Of a stretch of DNA of 64,000 nucleotides, positions 59,133-64,000 are shown piece by piece. Below the pieces are notes generated by a model. The model did no database searches. It saw only the letters and a program-made list of their open reading frames with translations, and had not been told where the DNA came from. This stretch comes from an uncultured Lachnospiraceae bacterium (GTDB lineage Bacteria > Bacillota > Clostridia > Lachnospirales > Lachnospiraceae). The position numbers and the translations under genes are program-made. The first letter of the stretch is position 1; each line of letters opens with the position of its first letter. Where the stretch lies: the NCBI GenBank assembly GCA_937965795.1, contig CALCMD010000101.1, positions 10,942 through 74,941 on the forward strand. The letters are read 5' to 3'.

Positions 59133-61001
59133 TTACTCAAACTTTCTGTCATACAAAAGCGCCGCAATCAGCACGACCAGGCAAGAGCCGCAGTTATGTA
59201 CCAACGCCCCCGTAGTCGGCGTGAGCCATCCCAGAAGAGAACATGTGATTGCCGCAAAATTAATGCAGAGCGATAAAGAGATACTGAATTTAATCGTTTT
59301 TACACATGCGTCGGACAGTCGTTTCAGATACGGGATTTTCGTTATGTCATCGCTCATCAACGCAATGTCTGACGCTTCTACTGCGATGTCGCTTCCCATT
59401 GCCCCCATAGCGACGCCCACATCGGCCGTCTTGAGCGCGGGAGCATCGTTTACGCCATCGCCAATCATGCAAACCTTTTTCCCTGCTGTTTGAAGCGCCG
59501 TAATCTCTGATACTTTTTGTTCGGGCAGAAGCCCCGCATGAACGTCTTTTATGCCAGCCTGCTTTGCAAAATATTCCGCGCTCTGCTTATGGTCGCCCGT
59601 AAGTAAAACAACGTGCACGCCTGCTTTATGCAGGCTGCCAATCATGTCCGCCGCAGTATTGCGAAGCGTATCGGAAAGCGTTACCGCGCCGAGCAGGCTT
59701 TTTGCATTTGCCACGAGAATGACTGCCTTTCCTTCTTTTCCGAATTGTTCCAGTACCTGTTTTGCCCTACTGTCAATTGCAATCTGCTGTTCCGCCAGAA
59801 AAGCCGCATTGCCGCAGAACATCTTTTCCGTGCCTATTACCGCCGATATTCCCCTGCCAGGGAACATTTGAAAATCTTCTACAGCAAGCAATTCCAATTT
59901 TTCCTGTTTTGCATAAGCGGTAACCGCTTTGGCAAGGGGATGTTCCGAATACCCTTCCGCAGAGGCAGTCCGTTGTAAAAGCGCTGCCTGATCAAAATCA
60001 CCGGTAAAAGGATAAACGTCTTTCACCACGAGATTGCCATTTGTAAGCGTACCTGTTTTATCAAAGGCAATCGTATCCACCTTTCCCATTCTTTCAAGGG
60101 CTTCGCCCGATTTAATCATGACCCCATGCTTTGCTGCCTGTCCGATTGCCGCCATAATTGCCGTAGGCGTGGCAAGCACCAACGCACAGGGACAGAATAC
60201 AACCAGCACTGTTACCGCGCGAATCACGTCCTTTGTCAGGATAAAAGCGGCGATTGCGAGGAGCAATGCAGCGGGAACAAGCCAGCTTGCCGCCTGATCG
60301 GCAATGCGGGCCATCGGCGCTTTTTTCTTTTCCGCTTCCTCTGCCATGCGAATGAGTTTTTGCAGGGAACTGTCCCCGCCGGCTTTCGAAGCCCGGATAT
60401 CAACTGTTCCGAAACAATTGATGGTACCGCAAAAAACGCTGTCACTCACAGTTTTATCGACAGGTAAGGACTCTCCAGTCATCGTCGACTGGTCAACGGA
60501 AGTCGTTCCCGTGATAATCTCTCCGTCAACAGGGATTGTTTCGCCAGGCAGGACCCGTAAAATATCATTCGGCATAATGTCTTCCGCCGCAGTCATTTCT
60601 TCCTTCCCCTCTACGATTCTGCGCCCCTGCTGCGGAACAAGGCGGAGCAGTTTCTTTATGCCTTTCTTTGCCCGTTCCGTAGTCTTTTCCTCCAAAATAG
60701 CGCCAATCGCCATAATAAAAGCCACTTCACCTGCGGCAAACAAATCTCCGACAATCATCGCCGCTATCATAGCAATGGAAATCAGCAGGGCAGATGAAAT
60801 CTTGCGGATGCCGTGATTATGTACCATCCTCCAAACGGAAAGATACAAGAGCGGAATACCGCAAATGATGACTGCCATCCAGGCAGGATCAACCGGAACG
60901 CTTATCCCTTTCAGCGACAGTACCAGACTGATCACAAGAAATACACCGCCTACAGCCGTCATGGGAACCCCCGCAAGGAAATCATTGATTTTTTGGAACA
61001 T
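59133..61001 (-). CDS. P1B-type heavy-metal ATPase without N-terminal metal-binding domain
   Basis: TGES, CPC, DKTGT, SEHP, GDGVNDAP; HNCGS in the last TM. Confidence 0.95.
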   Translation of the reverse strand: MFQKINDFLAGVPMTAVGGVFLVISLVLSLKGISVPVDPAWMAVIICGIPLLYLSVWRMVHNHGIRKISSALLISIAMIAAMIVGDLFAAGEVAFIMAIGAILEEKTTERAKKGIKKLLRLVPQQGRRIVEGKEEMTAAEDIMPNDILRVLPGETIPVDGEIITGTTSVDQSTMTGESLPVDKTVSDSVFCGTINCFGTVDIRASKAGGDSSLQKLIRMAEEAEKKKAPMARIADQAASWLVPAALLLAIAAFILTKDVIRAVTVLVVFCPCALVLATPTAIMAAIGQAAKHGVMIKSGEALERMGKVDTIAFDKTGTLTNGNLVVKDVYPFTGDFDQAALLQRTASAEGYSEHPLAKAVTAYAKQEKLELLAVEDFQMFPGRGISAVIGTEKMFCGNAAFLAEQQIAIDSRAKQVLEQFGKEGKAVILVANAKSLLGAVTLSDTLRNTAADMIGSLHKAGVHVVLLTGDHKQSAEYFAKQAGIKDVHAGLLPEQKVSEITALQTAGKKVCMIGDGVNDAPALKTADVGVAMGAMGSDIAVEASDIALMSDDITKIPYLKRLSDACVKTIKFSISLSLCINFAAITCSLLGWLTPTTGALVHNCGSCLVVLIAALLYDRKFE

Positions 61002-61061
61002 AAAAAAAGCCTCCTAACTGCATACCATTGACTTTATCCGCCATGTATGATACGCTCAGTT

Positions 61062-61168
61062 CGATACAAAACACTTTGTTTCGTATTTAGCATAGTCACA
61101 AATCCCCGATCAATCAACAACCAAAACGGCCATTTCGTTTGTTATCGAACAAAACGACAAAATTGTTC
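61062..61168. promoter_or_regulatory. Candidate TetR operators in the divergent intergenic region
   Basis: Imperfect palindromes CGATACAAA-ACAC-TTTGTTTCG (61062-61083) and GAACAA-N10-TTGTTC (61147-61168). Confidence 0.5.
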
Positions 61169-61182
61169 AGAAAGGATCACAC

Positions 61183-61761
61183 ATGGACAGACGGCAGCAA
61201 AAAACAAGGCAGGCCATTTTTTCGGCATTTATCAGGCTTCTCGAAAAAAAACGCTATGAAAAAATAACCGTACAGGAAATACTGGATGAGGCGAACATCG
61301 GCAGAAGCACCTTTTATGCCCATTTTGAAACAAAAGATGAATTGCTCAGGGCCGTGTGCAGGGAACTATTTGGACACATTATCAGCAGTACGATGGACAA
61401 AACTCATACGCACGGTTTATCCTCAAACGGTGAAGCTCCGCAGTCTGTTTTCTGCCATCTTTTACAGCATCTACAGGAAAATGACAACAATATTCTGGAA
61501 TTGCTGTCCTGTGAAAGCAGCGAGATATTTCTTCGTTACTTTAAGGACAGCCTAAATGAACTGATACAAACACAATTTATATGTGAACATCGTAAACAAA
61601 ACCAGGCTTTACCACAGGATTTTCTAATCAACCACATTTCAGGAAGTTTTGTTGAAATGGTCTTATGGTGGCTAAAAAACCAGAAAAAGCATACGCCCGA
61701 AGAATTAGACCGTTACTTTCGCGCAGTCATTGAACCGATCGGAATCTTACAAAGAAAATAG
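61183..61761 (+). CDS. TetR/AcrR-family regulator
   Basis: MDRRQQKTRQAI...ITVQEILDEANIGRSTFYAHFETK. Confidence 0.95.
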   Translation: MDRRQQKTRQAIFSAFIRLLEKKRYEKITVQEILDEANIGRSTFYAHFETKDELLRAVCRELFGHIISSTMDKTHTHGLSSNGEAPQSVFCHLLQHLQENDNNILELLSCESSEIFLRYFKDSLNELIQTQFICEHRKQNQALPQDFLINHISGSFVEMVLWWLKNQKKHTPEELDRYFRAVIEPIGILQRK

Positions 61762-61880
61762 CGCATTCTCGTAATCCTTGACATAATATCTGATATTCTT
61801 CCTGCCCTTTTGGATGATCGTATGCCCCTCTTTTTCACAAACTTTGCAAGCTGCAATGTCCGCAAGCAGCTTTCTATGCC

Positions 61881-61925
61881 AAAAAAACCTGCTTTGCCAG
61901 GTTTTTTCTTACCTGGCAAAACAGG
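61881..61925 (-). terminator. Terminator after the TIGR00266 gene
   Basis: TTTGCCAGGT / ACCTGGCAAA stem extended by CCTG/CAGG; T7 tract on the minus strand. Confidence 0.8.
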
Positions 61926-61974
61926 AACGTATTTTGTCTGCATAACAGCCACAATATCATATTGGTCAAACTTT

Positions 61975-62652
61975 TTAATTTCCCGTCGGGAGAAACGGAC
62001 GAATCGCCCCGGCCACATTGGCAATCGGCATCGTCTGAAGCCATACGCGCCCTGGCCCCGTAATAACCGTATTAAAAAATCCTTCTCCGCCAAACAGTTT
62101 GTTCTTCATTCCCGGAACGGACTGAATATCAATCTGACAATCTGCTGTCATAGCCGCCAGATGCCCGGTATCCACAACGATCTGCTGTCCAGGCTGCAAC
62201 TCATACTCAATCACATGTCCGTCAAATTCGGCAAATGCTACTCCATTTCCACTGATTTTCTGAAGGATAAATCCTTCCCCGCCAAATAAGCCCGCGCCAA
62301 CCTTTTTATTCAGATGTACGGAAAGCTCCACGCCCATCTCACTGGCCAGGAATGCGCTCTTCTGGAAAATCATCTCATTTCCCCTGGAAATTTCAAACGC
62401 TCTGATGGAACCCGGAAAGCTGGATGCAAATGCAATCATGCCCGCTCCCTGCGCAGTATAAATATTCTGAAACATCTTTTCCCCGGAGAACATTCTTCCG
62501 AATGCCTTTCCAACGCCTCCATTTGTGGTCGTTTCCATTCTCATATTCGGCGACATCCAGGACATTCCGCCGCCCTCCGTAATCATCTTCTCTCCTGCAT
62601 CCAGATAACAGATAACTACGGGAAGTGTTTCCCCTTTGATCTCGTATCTCAT
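61975..62652 (-). CDS. TIGR00266/AIM24-family protein
   Basis: Start at MRYEIKGE (RBS AAGGAGG); FGGEG twice; GPGRVWLQTMP. Confidence 0.9.
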   Translation of the reverse strand: MRYEIKGETLPVVICYLDAGEKMITEGGGMSWMSPNMRMETTTNGGVGKAFGRMFSGEKMFQNIYTAQGAGMIAFASSFPGSIRAFEISRGNEMIFQKSAFLASEMGVELSVHLNKKVGAGLFGGEGFILQKISGNGVAFAEFDGHVIEYELQPGQQIVVDTGHLAAMTADCQIDIQSVPGMKNKLFGGEGFFNTVITGPGRVWLQTMPIANVAGAIRPFLPTGN

Positions 62653-62692
62653 AATCTCATCCTCCTTACACTTAATTGCATATAGTATACCA

Positions 62693-64000
62693 TTAAACCG
62701 CCGCAATATCAATCAAGGTAAGTTTCTTAATGTCCGTATTTTCCAGGCTCGTCACCAGCGCCCGCGCCGTATCCATAGCGGTGAGCACGTTCACGCCCGT
62801 CTCGATGGCGTTTCTCCGAATCAGAAACCCATCTTTGGAGTGCTCCACGCCCTGCGACGGCGTATCAATCACAAGGTCAATCTCATGTCCCAGAATCAAA
62901 TCCAGAAGGTTCGGAGATTCCTGCTCTATCTTATTGATACGTACCGCATGAACCCCTCCTGCATTCAGGGCTTTTGCCGTGCTTCTGGTCGCATAAATCT
63001 TATAGCCGATCGCCTCAAACCGCCGCCCGATTTCCACGGCCTCCTCTTTATCCGCATCCTTCACGGTCATAATCATATTTTTATACTTTGGAAGGCTGAC
63101 GCCCGCTCCCAGGAACGCCTTATACAGCGCTTCATTGAAAGTCTTTGCAATTCCCAGGCATTCCCCGGTAGACTTCATCTCCGGTCCGAGACTGATATCC
63201 GCACCCCGGATTTTCTCAAAGGAAAATACCGGCATCTTAATCGCGATATAGTCCGCCTCCGGCGCAAGCCCTGTGGAGTACCCCAGCTCTTTCAGCTTGT
63301 GCCCCAGAATCACCTTCGTCGCCAGCGGCACAATCGGGATTCCTGTCACCTTGCTGATATACGGCACGGTACGGCTTGATCTTGGATTGACCTCAATCAC
63401 ATACACTTCCTGCCCGCACACGATAAACTGGATATTAATCATGCCGATGACATGCAGGGCCCTCGCCAGCCGCTTTGTGTACTCTACAATCGTTTCCTTT
63501 ACCTCATCATCCAGGCTCTGTGCCGGATAGACGGAAATGCTGTCGCCGGAATGGATGCCCGCCCGCTCGATGTGCTCCATAATGCCGGGAATCAGGATAT
63601 CCTCGCCGTCGCATACCGCATCCACCTCAATTTCCTTTCCCACCAGATATTTATCCACCAGAATCGGGTGCTCCTGCGCAATCCGGTTGATAATCCCGAT
63701 AAACTCGTCCACATCCTCATCGTTAATCGCAATCTGCATTCCCTGTCCGCCCAGTACATAGGACGGCCTGACAAGCACCGGATAACCCAGTTCATTTGCC
63801 GCCTTTTTCGCCTCTTCTGCCGTGAATACCGTATGTCCCGCCGGTCTTGGAATGCCGCAGGTTTCCAGAATTCCATCAAACAGCTCCCGGTCCTCCGCCG
63901 CATCCACATTCTCCGCCGAGGTACCCAGAATCGGTACTCCCATTTTCATGAGCGCTTCCGTCAGCTTAATCGCCGTCTGCCCGCCAAACTGTACCACGGC
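62693..64000 (-). CDS. carB: Carbamoyl-phosphate synthase large subunit, 3' part
   Basis: QFGGQTA, RPSYVLGG, HSGDS, EVNPRSSRTVP, GPEMKSTGE, MGS domain. Confidence 0.98.
   Translation of the reverse strand, partial: AVVQFGGQTAIKLTEALMKMGVPILGTSAENVDAAEDRELFDGILETCGIPRPAGHTVFTAEEAKKAANELGYPVLVRPSYVLGGQGMQIAINDEDVDEFIGIINRIAQEHPILVDKYLVGKEIEVDAVCDGEDILIPGIMEHIERAGIHSGDSISVYPAQSLDDEVKETIVEYTKRLARALHVIGMINIQFIVCGQEVYVIEVNPRSSRTVPYISKVTGIPIVPLATKVILGHKLKELGYSTGLAPEADYIAIKMPVFSFEKIRGADISLGPEMKSTGECLGIAKTFNEALYKAFLGAGVSLPKYKNMIMTVKDADKEEAVEIGRRFEAIGYKIYATRSTAKALNAGGVHAVRINKIEQESPNLLDLILGHEIDLVIDTPSQGVEHSKDGFLIRRNAIETGVNVLTAMDTARALVTSLENTDIKKLTLIDIAAV

Noticed and set aside
59099..59135. sleC fragment is in frame with the ATPase, separated only by one TAA
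   Set aside because: A one-in-three chance event; TAA is a poor readthrough codon and the fusion makes little functional sense.
61817..61850. Possible sporulation-sigma promoter (CATACGAT, minus strand) as a relic of the sleC 5' region
   Set aside because: Weak -35 match and no sleC-like coding sequence follows.
1..64000. tRNA, rRNA, CRISPR arrays, integrases or IS transposases
   Set aside because: None recognised by eye; intergenic spaces are short and mostly explained by promoters and terminators.

Overview
A 64-kb chromosomal window from a Lachnospiraceae-like (Clostridiales) gut bacterium, with most genes on the minus strand. Family assignments come from recognising motifs by eye; no database search was run. 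(1) 540-28138 is a cluster of secreted host-glycan enzymes: five tandem GH136 (LnbX-like lacto-N-biosidase) beta-helix paralogs behind a single LnbY/GH136-I-like partner gene and a divergent AraC regulator, then a GH89 alpha-N-acetylglucosaminidase, a multi-CBM32 GH2 and a secreted C69 peptidase. (2) greA-lysS on the plus strand is followed by an AT-richer ~7.5-kb island: HTH, a frameshifted ORF, an AlbA/Schlafen-HATPase protein, a two-component system and an orphan LanFEG-type ABC transporter. (3) Housekeeping genes: dusB, birA, argF, SPFH/NfeD, prfB with its +1 frameshift, secA, hpf and carB. (4) A GH36 resembling the Flavonifractor blood-group-A galactosaminidase, and an MBOAT/AlgJ-like operon flanked by transglutaminase-like proteins. 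(5) An orphan 3' half of the germination gene sleC abutting a metal-ATPase/TetR cassette, and a 32-bp palindromic element with an 8-bp direct-repeat flank. Best candidates for new biology: the five-enzyme/one-partner GH136 array, the split sleC and the 32-bp mini-element.
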